Source of the DNA: Candidatus Omnitrophota bacterium
Lineage (GTDB): Bacteria; Omnitrophota; Gorgyraeia; Gygaellales; Profunditerraquicolaceae
Reading direction: 5' to 3'
Length of the DNA stretch: 64,000 bases
Assembly (NCBI GenBank): GCA_003598025.1
Contig: QZKH01000002.1
Location: 206,206-270,205, forward strand
The translations under genes were made by a program, and so were the position numbers. Below are positions 48,883 through 59,182 of this stretch, piece by piece (position 1 is the stretch's first letter; each line of letters starts with the position of its first letter). The notes beneath the pieces are model-generated. The model was not told the DNA's origin, searched no databases, and saw nothing but the letters and a program-made list of their open reading frames with translations.

Positions 48883-50788
48883 ATACCTCGGCCCGCTTAT
48901 AAGGTGTCTGCCTGTAAAGGCAGTTTACTTTTTGGGAAGGCGCTTAGGGGAGGCGATATACCTACTTGATTTTAAGCACCGCGCGATAGCGTATTCCAAC
49001 ATGAAGAGGGTCTTAGGCAGTGCTCAGCCTGCCTGGAGGCTGAAGAAGACGTTAAAAGGTTTTTACAGGTCGTTCGGCCAGAGCATTATGGACCTTTTTT
49101 TGATCCCGTCCATAAATGAAAAGTATATCAATAAATATATAAGTATAGACGGCAGGCAAAATTTGGATGAGGCATTTAAAAAAGGAAAGGGAGTCATATT
49201 CTGCGGGGTGCATGAAGGAAGCTGGGAGATCTATAATATCGTCTGTGCAAATTTAGGCCTTCCTTTTGTGCTTTTTGTCCGCCAGCAGTCGCTTAAACGC
49301 ATGGATGCTTTACTAAATTCTTACCGCAGGCATAATCAGTCCAAGGTGATACAGAGGGAAGCAAGTATGCGGCAGCTTGTTGAAGTTTTAGAGAGCAACG
49401 AATCCATAGGGATGACAGTAGATCAGGGAGGCGCAAAAGGCGAGCGGGTGAAATTCTTTGGCAAGAACGCCTCTATGGCAACAGGCGCAATACGCCTTGC
49501 GATAAAGCGCGATGTGACACTTGTGCCTGCTTTTTATCACCGGCTAAAGGGCCAATACGCAAAAATAATAATTGATAAGCCTTTCAAGATAGAGAAAACA
49601 GGGAATATTGAAGAAGACGTAAGGCTTAATTTAGAAAGGCTGATTCAAATATTTGAAGGGTATATTAAAAAATACCCCACTGAATTCTACTGGCCTTACA
49701 GGATATGGAAATACTCCGATGAGCGCAGTGTGCTTGTTTTAAGCGACGGGAAAGCAGGCCACATCAGGCAGTCAGATGCGCTTTTAAAGTTGATCAAAGA
49801 GCATTATGCGCAAGCCGGAATCAAGGCCGATGTCCAATATATAGACGTCAAATTCAAAAATAAATTTTCCAAGTTTTTATTGCAGTTATCGGCCTGTTTT
49901 AGCGGCAGGTACAGCTGCCAGGGCTGCTTCTGGTGCTTAAGGAGGTTTATTGAGCCAAATGTTTTAGGCGCGCTCACTAAAGCAAACCCGGACCTTGTTG
50001 TTTCCTGCGGCTCATCATTAGCTGCAATAAACTTCCTGGTATCAAGGGAGAGCTTAGCAAAATCCATAGTGATCATGAAGCCGTCGGTTTTTAGCGTAAG
50101 GAGGTTTGACCTCGTTATCATGCCCAGGCACGATGCGCCTCCCAGGAGAAAGAATGTTGTTATGATAGACGGTGTGCTCACCGGCGTAAATAAAGATTAT
50201 CTTAAAGAAAAAATGCGGCTGCTTGATGATTCCGGGCTTTACAGGAAAGGCGCCTCTTTCAATAACTATATAGGCTTATTTATCGGCGGAAAAAGCAAGA
50301 AATTCGGCTTAAGCAAGGACACTGCCTTGGCAGTTATAAGGCAGTTAAAAGATGTTTGCAGCAGCGCTGATTTCGGCTTGCTGGCTACTACCTCGCGCAG
50401 GACAACAGATGAGGTCGCCCGCGCAGTAAAAGACGAGCTGCATGATGAGAAATGCTGCTCGCTGCTGGTGATATACAATGAAAAGAATTATCCTTTTATA
50501 TCCGGAGGGATACTGGCAAAGAGCGATATTGTTGTTGTATCTGCTGACAGCATATCCATGGTATGCGAGGCAATAGATAGCTTAAAGCACGTAATCGTAT
50601 TTAAAGACGCAGGCTTATCAGGCAGGCACAAGGCGCTGCTTAATAATTTCGCAAGGAAAGGCCTTATCCATCTTATAGAGCCGGTAAGGCTTAAGGCTGA
50701 GATAGAAGAAATAATCATCCAGAAACCGGTGATAAAAACTAGCTCCAAAGAATCATTGATAAGAGAGGCATTAAAGAAAGTATTATGA
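48836..50788 (+). CDS. Fusion: lipid A biosynthesis lauroyl/myristoyl acyltransferase (LpxL/HtrB family) + ELM1/DUF1022 (mitochondrial-fission-ELM1-like) domain
   Basis: The N-terminal 290 aa or so has an LpxL-like layout with an H(X)4E-type region (GVHEGSWE). The C-terminal 350 aa or so has ELM1-like blocks (VLVLSDGKAGH). The two are often neighbours in LPS loci. Confidence 0.55.
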   Translation: MKKNSIVDYSGYFLLKYLGPLIRCLPVKAVYFLGRRLGEAIYLLDFKHRAIAYSNMKRVLGSAQPAWRLKKTLKGFYRSFGQSIMDLFLIPSINEKYINKYISIDGRQNLDEAFKKGKGVIFCGVHEGSWEIYNIVCANLGLPFVLFVRQQSLKRMDALLNSYRRHNQSKVIQREASMRQLVEVLESNESIGMTVDQGGAKGERVKFFGKNASMATGAIRLAIKRDVTLVPAFYHRLKGQYAKIIIDKPFKIEKTGNIEEDVRLNLERLIQIFEGYIKKYPTEFYWPYRIWKYSDERSVLVLSDGKAGHIRQSDALLKLIKEHYAQAGIKADVQYIDVKFKNKFSKFLLQLSACFSGRYSCQGCFWCLRRFIEPNVLGALTKANPDLVVSCGSSLAAINFLVSRESLAKSIVIMKPSVFSVRRFDLVIMPRHDAPPRRKNVVMIDGVLTGVNKDYLKEKMRLLDDSGLYRKGASFNNYIGLFIGGKSKKFGLSKDTALAVIRQLKDVCSSADFGLLATTSRRTTDEVARAVKDELHDEKCCSLLVIYNEKNYPFISGGILAKSDIVVVSADSISMVCEAIDSLKHVIVFKDAGLSGRHKALLNNFARKGLIHLIEPVRLKAEIEEIIIQKPVIKTSSKESLIREALKKVL

Positions 50789-52881
50789 ATATCCTGCAGG
50801 TACTTCCTGAATTAAATGTCGGCGGCGTAGAAACAGGCACGCTTGATCTTGCCAAGCATCTTGTCAAGCTCGGGCATAATGCAGTGGTTGTATCCTGCGG
50901 CGGGGCGCTGGTCAAGGAGCTTGAGAGCTACGGCATAAAACATTATCAGCTTGCGGTAAATAAAAAATCCATTCCCACGATGATAAAGATGGTCCCTAAA
51001 TTAGCCGAGATAATAACCAGGGAAAACATCGATATAGTGCATGCGCGCTCGCGCGTGCCGGCATGGATAGCCTATTTTGCCGCAAGACGGACCAGGCGCG
51101 TATTTATAACTACCTGCCACGGTTATTACACCAGGCATCCGTTTAGTTTTGTCATGGGCTGGGCAAAGAAGGTCATCGTATTGAGCAATGTGATAGGCAG
51201 GCATATGATCGAGGATTTTGGCGTGCCGGTTGAGCGGGTAAGGATGATACCGCGCAGCGTTGACATCGAGAAATTCAAATTTATCGACCCGCAGGAAAAA
51301 AAGTTTGATTATTTTAACGTCGGCATAATCGGCAGGATCACCCCTTTAAAGGGGCACCTTGATTTTATAAAAGCTATGGCTAAAGTCGCGCGGGTCATCC
51401 CGCGGCTTAAGATTTGGATAGTCGGAGATGCGCCGGAATCAAAAGAGGCGTATAAAGAGCAGGTGCAGGTTTTAGTCAGGAGGCTGGGCTTAAGCCACTG
51501 CACCCAGTTTCTGGGCACGCAAAGGAACATACCGGAGATATTATCCAATTTTAACCTGCTTGTTTTAGCAACGACAACCCAGGAGGCATTCGGCAGGGTA
51601 ATAATAGAGGCGCAGGCAAGCGGCGTTCCGGTAGTCGCGACAAAAGTCGGAGGCGTAATTGATATAATTGAGAATGGTAAAAACGGGATTTTAGTTGCGC
51701 CTGCCGATCCTCTGGCGATGTCCGAAGCAATAATCAAGATAGCAAAGGACCCCGCTCTTGCCGGGAAAATGGCCCATGCCGCATACAAAAAAGTGGTTGA
51801 GAAATATAATATCGAGCTGATGGTAAAAAATACCATGAAAGTCTACGATGAGGCGCTCCAGGATAAGAGCATTCTGATAATCAAGCTCAGCTCGCTCGGA
51901 GATATCATACTTTCTACCGCGGCAATACGCGCCATAAGAGAAAAATTCAGCAGGAATTATAAGATTACGCTTTTGGTGGATGAAAAATTCAAAGAGCCGG
52001 TACTGACTTGCCCCTATATCGACGAATTGCTGGTATGCGATTTTAAATTCCGCGATTCCGGGATAAAGGGGCTGCTTAAGCTGGCTAAGATACTAAGGAA
52101 AAAGAATTTTGATATAGCCATCGACCTGCAGAATAACCACCGCAGCCATCTTTTGTCTTTTTTAAGCCTTGCTGTAGACCGGTATGGTTACAAAAATAAT
52201 AAATTCGGGTTTTTGCTTAACAAGGGTGTCAGACTTGATAAGGCTCCGGCGCCTCCGGTAGAGCACCAGTTCCGGATATTAAAACCTTTAGGTATTGAGT
52301 TGAATGACCCCAGGCTAGAAATGTGGCCGGCAAAGAAGGACCATGATTATGTAGATGAGTTTCTCGGCTCTGAATGGCTGAATTCGAAGCAGAGGTTGAT
52401 CGGGATAAATATAAGCGCAAGCAAAAGATGGCTCACCAAAGGCTGGCCGATAGAGCATATGGTAAAGTTATGCGAGGAGCTTGCGCGCAAAGAATTCAGG
52501 ATGGTCATAACCGGCTTAGAACATGATTCAAAACTGGCAACGGAATTGATAAAAAGACTTAAAAACACAAAAGCGATTAATGCCTGCGGAAAGACTTCCA
52601 TAAATCAGCTTGCCTGCCTGATTGCAAGGTGCAGCGTTTTTATTTCGGGAGATTCTGCGCCGCTGCATATTGCATCCAGCCAGAATATCCCGGTGGTTGC
52701 GCTTTTCGGGCCGACTGATCCCCTGCGGCATATCCCGCCGCATGATAAAATAATCGTAATAAGGAAAGAACTATCCTGTTCGCCGTGCTATAAACCCAAC
52801 TGCAGGAATATAAGGTGCATGAACCAGATTAAACCCGAAGAAGTGATTGACGCGGTTATGCAGCTACTGGAAGGCAAATGA
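50785..52881 (+). CDS. Fusion: GT4 glycosyltransferase (N) + GT9 ADP-heptose:LPS heptosyltransferase (C)
   Basis: The N-terminal half has GT4 EX7E-type motifs (EAQASGVPVVATKVGG). The C-terminal half has GT9 motifs (ILIIKLSSLGD, GDSAPLHIASS). Confidence 0.7.
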   Translation: MNILQVLPELNVGGVETGTLDLAKHLVKLGHNAVVVSCGGALVKELESYGIKHYQLAVNKKSIPTMIKMVPKLAEIITRENIDIVHARSRVPAWIAYFAARRTRRVFITTCHGYYTRHPFSFVMGWAKKVIVLSNVIGRHMIEDFGVPVERVRMIPRSVDIEKFKFIDPQEKKFDYFNVGIIGRITPLKGHLDFIKAMAKVARVIPRLKIWIVGDAPESKEAYKEQVQVLVRRLGLSHCTQFLGTQRNIPEILSNFNLLVLATTTQEAFGRVIIEAQASGVPVVATKVGGVIDIIENGKNGILVAPADPLAMSEAIIKIAKDPALAGKMAHAAYKKVVEKYNIELMVKNTMKVYDEALQDKSILIIKLSSLGDIILSTAAIRAIREKFSRNYKITLLVDEKFKEPVLTCPYIDELLVCDFKFRDSGIKGLLKLAKILRKKNFDIAIDLQNNHRSHLLSFLSLAVDRYGYKNNKFGFLLNKGVRLDKAPAPPVEHQFRILKPLGIELNDPRLEMWPAKKDHDYVDEFLGSEWLNSKQRLIGINISASKRWLTKGWPIEHMVKLCEELARKEFRMVITGLEHDSKLATELIKRLKNTKAINACGKTSINQLACLIARCSVFISGDSAPLHIASSQNIPVVALFGPTDPLRHIPPHDKIIVIRKELSCSPCYKPNCRNIRCMNQIKPEEVIDAVMQLLEGK

Positions 52882-53981
52882 ACATACTTTTTATAACTAA
52901 CCATATAAATATCGGGGGTATTACAAGCTATGTGGTTAATTTAGGCTCAGGCTTCAGGGAACTGGGCCATGAGGTATACATAGCTTCTTCCGGCGGAGAA
53001 TGCCTGTCCAGGATGGAGGATAAGCGCATATATTTTTATCCCATACCCATCAGGACAAAATCAGTGCTCAGCCCGAAAATTTTGATCAGTTTCTTAAAAT
53101 TAAAGGGGCTGGTAAATAGCAAGAACATAGATATAATCCATGCTAATTCCAGGACCACGCAGGCCTTAGCATGCCTGTTAAGCCGGGCCACAAAAGTCCC
53201 GTATGTTTCAACCTGCCATGGTTTTTTCAGGCCCAGGATGCAAAGGAGGATGTTTTCCTGCTGGGGTAAGAGAGTTATCGCAGTGAGCGATTCGGTAAAG
53301 GAACATTTGATTAATGATTTTAATGTCAGCTTCGATAAAATAAGCCTTGTTTATAGCGGTATAGATATAGACAGGTTCAGTGTCCCCACCCCCAAGGAGA
53401 GGGTTGAGGCAAAGCAGTATTTCGGTTTAGGCAGGGGCAAAACTATCGGGATAATCGCCCGGCTCTCCGATGTAAAGGGCCATATATACCTGATTGAGGC
53501 GTTAAGGTATATCCTTGCGATGATGCCTGAGGTGCAGTTATTGATAGTCGGCGACGGAAACATGAAAAATGAACTGGTTACCCGCGTCAATAATTACGGG
53601 ATTGCAAAGAACGTATTTTTTGTAACACAGACGCTTGATACGAGGGATGTCTTAGCGGCGATAGATATCTTTGTCATGCCTTCCATTAAAGAGGGTCTAG
53701 GTTTAGCGCTCATGGAGGCGATGGCATGCGGCCTTCCGGTTATCGGCAGCGATATTGGCGGCATAAAGAACCTTATAACCAATGATGTAAACGGGTTGCT
53801 TTTTCCGGTCGCAGACAGTAACGCATTGGCTAAAGCGATAGTTGAGCTCATTAAGGATGATAAACGCGCAGCTAAGCTCGGAGAGAGAGCAAGAGAGTTT
53901 ATCTGCGCAAATTTTTCCAAAGATAGAATGGCAAGAGAAACCTTAGAGGTTTATAAAAAATGCTTAAATCAAAAAAGCTAA
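52878..53981 (+). CDS. GT4 family glycosyltransferase
   Basis: GT4 motifs are present (EGLGLALMEAMACGLPVIGSDIGG). Confidence 0.8.
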   Translation: MNILFITNHINIGGITSYVVNLGSGFRELGHEVYIASSGGECLSRMEDKRIYFYPIPIRTKSVLSPKILISFLKLKGLVNSKNIDIIHANSRTTQALACLLSRATKVPYVSTCHGFFRPRMQRRMFSCWGKRVIAVSDSVKEHLINDFNVSFDKISLVYSGIDIDRFSVPTPKERVEAKQYFGLGRGKTIGIIARLSDVKGHIYLIEALRYILAMMPEVQLLIVGDGNMKNELVTRVNNYGIAKNVFFVTQTLDTRDVLAAIDIFVMPSIKEGLGLALMEAMACGLPVIGSDIGGIKNLITNDVNGLLFPVADSNALAKAIVELIKDDKRAAKLGERAREFICANFSKDRMARETLEVYKKCLNQKS

Positions 53982-54751
53982 AAATAATAATTATATTGGC
54001 TGCGTTATTAGGTATCGTTTCTATGGGCCTGGTATCTTTTATCCGCCGGAACTATGTTCCGCCGATACTTATGTACCACTTTATAAGGCCGGGTGAGCCT
54101 CCTTCAATGAGGTTAACGGTTTCACCTGCTACTTTTGAGAGGCAGATGCGGGTTTTAAAAATACTAAGATATAAAGTGCGGCCGTTAAGCGACCTGGTTA
54201 AGATGATGGAGAGTAGCGAGAAGATCCCCTACGGCACGGTTTTTATTACTTTTGACGACGGGAGCAAGGACAATTATATCAATGCATACCCCGTACTTAA
54301 AAAATACAGCCTGCCGGCAACGATGTTTATAATCACGCAGGAGGTGGGCAGGGATGACAGGTTAAACTGGAATGAAATACTCAAGATGCGCGATTCAGGC
54401 CTGATTGATTTCGGCAGCCACTGCATCGGCCCGGAGCCTTTAGTTAATCTTAAATCAGAAGAAAAAATTAAAGACGAGATATTCAGGTCAAAGGCGGTAT
54501 TAGAAGATAAGCTCAATGAACCGATAGAGTTATTTGCTTATCCCGAGGGTCTTTTTAACGAAAGGATCCGCCAGCTTGTAATAGATGCAGGCTATAAACT
54601 TGCCTTTACTACTTCAAAGAAAGGCTATCCCGATAACGACCGCTTTGCGATGAAGCGCTTGAGGATCTCCGAGACTTCGGCAAATCCGATTGTATTCTGT
54701 ATCCAGGTTTCAGGGGTGTATAATTTCATTAAGGAGCACCGTGATGACTAA
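53960..54751 (+). CDS. Polysaccharide deacetylase (NodB/CE4 family), membrane-anchored
   Basis: An N-terminal TM helix is followed by the CE4 motif FITFDDGSKDNY. Confidence 0.75.
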   Translation: MLKSKKLKIIIILAALLGIVSMGLVSFIRRNYVPPILMYHFIRPGEPPSMRLTVSPATFERQMRVLKILRYKVRPLSDLVKMMESSEKIPYGTVFITFDDGSKDNYINAYPVLKKYSLPATMFIITQEVGRDDRLNWNEILKMRDSGLIDFGSHCIGPEPLVNLKSEEKIKDEIFRSKAVLEDKLNEPIELFAYPEGLFNERIRQLVIDAGYKLAFTTSKKGYPDNDRFAMKRLRISETSANPIVFCIQVSGVYNFIKEHRDD

Positions 54752-55769
54752 AAGGATACTGATTTTTAACGTTAATTGGCTGGGAGATGTATTATTTTCT
54801 ACCGCGGTTATCAGGAATTTAAAACGCAATTACCCGGATAGCTATATTGCCTGTTGTGTGCCGGGAAGGTGCCTGCAGATTATCAAGGGCAACCCGCACC
54901 TGGATGAGATCATTATTTACGACGAGCGCGGCAAGGCAAAGGGCCTTATGCCGCGGCTTAAATTCATCAACATGCTTAAAACAAAGAAATTTGATACGGT
55001 TTATCTTTTACACCGGTCGTTCAGCCGCGCGCTTATGTGCAGGCTGGCAGGCATACCTGAGAGGATAGGCTATCATACTAAAAAGAGGGCGTTTCTTCTT
55101 ACTAAAGCCATAAAACAGCCTAAAAAAGACAGCATGCACCGTATAGATTATTACCTTAATATCTTAAAAGAAAGCGGGCTTGCCTGTCATGACCGGCACA
55201 CTGAGTTTACATTTGACGACATGGATATGCTTGCCGTTGGCAATTTTTTCAAGGAAAATGATTTGGATGATAAAGGCCTGCTTATTGCTATTAACCCGGG
55301 CGGGAATTGGCTTCCCAAACGCTGGCCCAAAGAAAATTGGGCAAAACTGGCTGACCTGATAATCAGTGAATTAAAGGCAAAAGTTATTATTACCGGCGGC
55401 TCCCAGGATTTAAAATTAAGCAAAGAAATAGAAGGCTTGATGAAAAATAAGCCGGTCATCTCTGTAGATATCTTTAATTTAAAACAGCTGGGCGCATTGT
55501 TAAGCAGGATACCGCTTTTTATTACTGCTGATTCCGGGCCTTTGCATATCGCAAGCTCGGTAGGCTGCAGGAACATTATCGCTATCTTCGGCCCGACTTC
55601 GGCCAGCGTAACCGGGCCTGTGCCGGGAGATAATACGCTGATTATCCAAAAAGACGTAGGATGCAAAATCCCATGCTACGAGGTGAAATGCCCGGATAAC
55701 CGCTGCATGAAGGCGATTACCCCGGAAGAGGTTTTAAAAGAAATCAAAAAGATTTATGCCAAAAGATAA
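54744..55769 (+). CDS. GT9 LPS heptosyltransferase
   Basis: An AAGGAG RBS precedes the ATG at 54744. The motifs ILIFNVNWLGD and ADSGPLHIASS are present. Confidence 0.8.
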   Translation: MTKRILIFNVNWLGDVLFSTAVIRNLKRNYPDSYIACCVPGRCLQIIKGNPHLDEIIIYDERGKAKGLMPRLKFINMLKTKKFDTVYLLHRSFSRALMCRLAGIPERIGYHTKKRAFLLTKAIKQPKKDSMHRIDYYLNILKESGLACHDRHTEFTFDDMDMLAVGNFFKENDLDDKGLLIAINPGGNWLPKRWPKENWAKLADLIISELKAKVIITGGSQDLKLSKEIEGLMKNKPVISVDIFNLKQLGALLSRIPLFITADSGPLHIASSVGCRNIIAIFGPTSASVTGPVPGDNTLIIQKDVGCKIPCYEVKCPDNRCMKAITPEEVLKEIKKIYAKR

Positions 55770-57819
55770 ACAAGTCAAAAAAATACTATTCATCACCCTA
55801 AGCAATATCGGTGATAATTTTCTATCCCTTCCGGTATTAGATACCTTAAAAGAATGTTTCCCCCTTGCCCAGATACACGTAATGGCAGCGCTCCGGCCTA
55901 AAGAGATATTTGAGAATAACCCCCTGATAAGTAAAGTCATCGCGTACGATAAGCACTCCCGCTTAAGCGAGAAGATGAAATTGTTCGGCCAGCTCCAGAG
56001 AGAAAGATACGATATCGTCATTGATTTGCGCAACAGCCTCTTTGGCGCGCTCCTTCCTGCGCGCTACAGGATTTCGCCGTTTCTTATCGTGCCTAAAGAC
56101 ATAAAGCATATGAATTCCAGGCATCTTTATAAAGTAAAAAAGATCCTGCTTAAGATAAAGAAAGATTTATCCGTAAGCATGAAGGAGACAGTGTTTTTCT
56201 TGAACCCCGAGGATAAGGCGCGCATAAAGAAGATCCTTTTAGACCACGGACTTTTTTTCCGTAACGACGTAGTCGTGGTCTCAGCCGGCGCGCGCAGTTA
56301 TATCAAGCGCTGGCCCAAGGAAAAATTCACCGAGCTCATTACTTTAATGATAAAAGAATTCGGCGTAAAGGTGGTCTTAGTCGGAGATAAGGACGATGAG
56401 CCGGTCTCTGAATATATAGCCAGCAACTGCCCGTATCCTGTGTTGAATTTAACGGGCCAAACCAATATCGCCCAGCTTGCGTACCTTTTAAAGCGGGCAA
56501 GGTTTTTAATAACTAATGACAGCGCGCCTCTTCATATCGTAAGTTACCTGAACGTGCCGGTAGTGGCAATATTCGGGCCGACCAACGAAGAAAAATACGG
56601 TCCCTGGTCGGATAACTATTCGCTGGCAAAAAAAGATATCTCCTGCCGGCCGTGCGAGAAAGCAGATTGTTCCCTCGGCTCGATAAACTGCATGAACATG
56701 ATAAGGGCTGACGAGGTATTACGCCTTGCGCGCAAGATGATAGTTGACAAGTTTGAGCCGCAAGATAAAAAGATAGACCATGATTTTAAGCGCATCCTCA
56801 TTGTGCGCACTGACAGGATCGGCGATGTGGTCTTATCTACCCCGGTGATTAAGAACCTGCGCAATAGATTCCCTTCAGCATATATTGCCATGGTGGTTTC
56901 TCCGCAGGCAAAGGAGATAATTGACAATAACCCCTATCTTGATGAAGTGATACTCTATGATAAGGACAAAGAGCATAAAGGATGGCAGCAGAGCATGGAA
57001 TTTGCCGGGCTTCTTGCCAAGAAAAAGTTTGATATAGCAATAATACTGCATCCGACCAACCGCATGCACTTATTGACATTCCTGGCAAAGATACCGGTCA
57101 GGGTAGGCTATGACAAGAAAATGGGATTTTTGTTGAGTAAAAAGATAAAGCATACAAAACAATTAGGGCAAAAACACGAGCTTGAGTATAATCTGGATTT
57201 ATTAAAGGCAATCGGCATAAATGCCGAAGATAAAGAATTAATTTTTAATATCCGCCCGGAAGTTGAGATATGGGCGCGCCATAAATTAATGAATTTGGGC
57301 GTAAAAGACAACGAGAAGGTAATAGCAATACATCCCTCAGCAAGTTGCCCTTCTAAGATCTGGCCGCATGAGAGATTTGCACAACTTGCAGATAAGCTTA
57401 TCGAGAAATACAGCTTTAAAGTGCTCATTGTGGCTGCTGCAAAGGATAATTATCTGGCTGAAAAAGTGATGAAAGAGATGTATAATGAAGCCATAAACTT
57501 AAGCGGAGAGACTTCCGTCAGCCAATTAGCCGCAATATTAAAGAGAAGCGTTTTATTCATATCCAATGATTCCGGGCCCGTGCATGTTGCTAGCGCGGTA
57601 AACACTCCGGTTATCTCCATTTTTGGCAGGAACCAGGCAGGGCTTAGCCCCAAGCGCTGGGCGCCGGTAGGCAAAAAAGATAAGGTCCTGCATAAAGAAG
57701 TCGGCTGCATCCAATGCCTTGCGCATAACTGTAAAAAGAATTTTGCCTGTTTAAGGGCGATAGGTGTGGAGGATGTGATTAGAGCGGTGGAAGAGGTATT
57801 AGCGAAGCAGCTGTTATAA
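55756..57819 (+). CDS. Tandem double GT9 heptosyltransferase (two complete GT9 modules in one polypeptide)
   Basis: The two halves carry the motifs NDSAPLHIVS and NDSGPVHVASA, each with its own N-terminal ILxxxxxxIGD block. Confidence 0.75.
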   Translation: MPKDKQVKKILFITLSNIGDNFLSLPVLDTLKECFPLAQIHVMAALRPKEIFENNPLISKVIAYDKHSRLSEKMKLFGQLQRERYDIVIDLRNSLFGALLPARYRISPFLIVPKDIKHMNSRHLYKVKKILLKIKKDLSVSMKETVFFLNPEDKARIKKILLDHGLFFRNDVVVVSAGARSYIKRWPKEKFTELITLMIKEFGVKVVLVGDKDDEPVSEYIASNCPYPVLNLTGQTNIAQLAYLLKRARFLITNDSAPLHIVSYLNVPVVAIFGPTNEEKYGPWSDNYSLAKKDISCRPCEKADCSLGSINCMNMIRADEVLRLARKMIVDKFEPQDKKIDHDFKRILIVRTDRIGDVVLSTPVIKNLRNRFPSAYIAMVVSPQAKEIIDNNPYLDEVILYDKDKEHKGWQQSMEFAGLLAKKKFDIAIILHPTNRMHLLTFLAKIPVRVGYDKKMGFLLSKKIKHTKQLGQKHELEYNLDLLKAIGINAEDKELIFNIRPEVEIWARHKLMNLGVKDNEKVIAIHPSASCPSKIWPHERFAQLADKLIEKYSFKVLIVAAAKDNYLAEKVMKEMYNEAINLSGETSVSQLAAILKRSVLFISNDSGPVHVASAVNTPVISIFGRNQAGLSPKRWAPVGKKDKVLHKEVGCIQCLAHNCKKNFACLRAIGVEDVIRAVEEVLAKQLL

Positions 57820-57892
57820 TTAGTTCATAGTTCATAGTTAATGGTTCATAGTTCATAGATTAGTTCACGGTTCACAGAGCATAGTTCATAGA
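57819..57892. repeat. Heptamer-repeat array, forward orientation (about 10 GTTCATA units)
   Basis: Seen directly after the GT9 stop. Confidence 0.7.
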
Positions 57893-57953
57893 AATATCAA
57901 GAAGAGGTTAGAGGGGCCTGGTCCTTAAAATTAGTTCCTATAAGAAATGGGCT

Positions 57954-58271
57954 TTGGAGGAAATTATGGATAATAAAAAGATATATAATAATGACTTGAT
58001 AGTGTTTTCGATTTTGGGGAGCTTATGCCTTTTGCCGTCTTTATTAATGCTATACTATTTTTTTGTTTCAGAATCCAGCCAACCGCCGTATCTATTAAGA
58101 ATGCTTTTTGAGATTATGCTTTCATCAAAAACCTATGCCCCTATGTGGTCAGAGGTTGATAAAGATCTTTTACTATACCGAGCTATTATTTGGATGGCTT
58201 TAGGTATCGGATTGATAGGTTTTGGAATTTATAAATATAAAAAGGAATCGGTTATTAAGACTAGTTTATAG
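57954..58271 (+). CDS. Small AT-rich hypothetical membrane protein (2 TM)
   Basis: A 105-aa ORF lies between two forward heptamer arrays. Its stop codon is supplied by the next repeat. Confidence 0.4.
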   Translation: MEEIMDNKKIYNNDLIVFSILGSLCLLPSLLMLYYFFVSESSQPPYLLRMLFEIMLSSKTYAPMWSEVDKDLLLYRAIIWMALGIGLIGFGIYKYKKESVIKTSL

Positions 58272-58383
58272 TTGATGGTTCATAGATCATAGAAATAGAT
58301 AAAGTAGGTAGTCACAAAGACACACGACACAAGGACACAAAAATTAGTTCACGGTTCACAGTACACGGAGCACAGTTAATGCA
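58263..58383. repeat. Left terminal inverted repeat of cassette (heptamer units + about 75-nt core aaagtaggtagtcacaaagacacacgacacaaggacacaaaaa)
   Basis: By-eye alignment with the reverse complement of 60092..60248 shows the about 75-nt core differing at only 3 positions. The flanks are more diverged. Confidence 0.75.
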
Positions 58384-58423
58384 CTAGATTCGTTTGAGAA
58401 CTGTTCAGTTGGAGGAATTTAAC

Positions 58424-59104
58424 ATGTATACGATTATAAAAAAAATACTAGCGAAGATAGTTAATAATAAAGATCTAATTGTAACTATTGTAGCTGTTGT
58501 TGCACTTGTAGTTTCCGTTAGGGGATGTTGCGTATCTACGGATGCTTATAGACTATCTAAAGAATCTAAAAATATAGCAAAGGATGCTTTAGATACGGGA
58601 AAATATCAGTTTATCCAAATTAATCGCCCTTATGTATTGATCTCTCCAAAGAAATTCAATGATGGCTCATTTTGGAAAATTCAGCAAAAAAGCAATCACG
58701 TCGAAATTATAGTTAAATACGAAATAAAGAACGTGGGTAACGTTGCGGCAAAAAATATTGAATTACCTGATAATTTAATAATTGGACAAGAGACAAAACT
58801 CAAGAGAGATGCACCTGTTTCTTATAAGAAAATGAGCGAGGTGACATTAGGACCCGGAGATTTTTATGAACTTGTGTGTAGTTTTGTGTTAGATTATTCA
58901 GACGAAGAGGCAGCCAAAAATAATTATGAGTATATTGTTTCGGATTCAAGTGAAGGCCTAACTTTGTTGTTAGCGGTAACTTATACAAACGAGATAGATG
59001 GATTTATGGAATATAGGACAATAGTTGAAAACAGAATTCATAATGATAATGCTTTAATTATCAAATCTGAGATGCTTAATCTCAATACTAAAGCTAAGAA
59101 TTGA
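58424..59104 (+). CDS. Cassette gene A: single-pass membrane protein with unknown extracytoplasmic domain
   Basis: A GGAGG RBS lies 9 nt before the ATG at 58424, and the listed ORF starts at 58394. The TM helix is LIVTIVAVVALVVSV. The region is visibly AT-rich. Confidence 0.5.
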   Translation: MYTIIKKILAKIVNNKDLIVTIVAVVALVVSVRGCCVSTDAYRLSKESKNIAKDALDTGKYQFIQINRPYVLISPKKFNDGSFWKIQQKSNHVEIIVKYEIKNVGNVAAKNIELPDNLIIGQETKLKRDAPVSYKKMSEVTLGPGDFYELVCSFVLDYSDEEAAKNNYEYIVSDSSEGLTLLLAVTYTNEIDGFMEYRTIVENRIHNDNALIIKSEMLNLNTKAKN

Positions 59105-59182
59105 ATTGCAAATAATATAGTTAGAGAGTCGTCTTTAAATAGAAAACACTGTTTTGTATTTAAGAAGCTCAAAAGAAGATCT

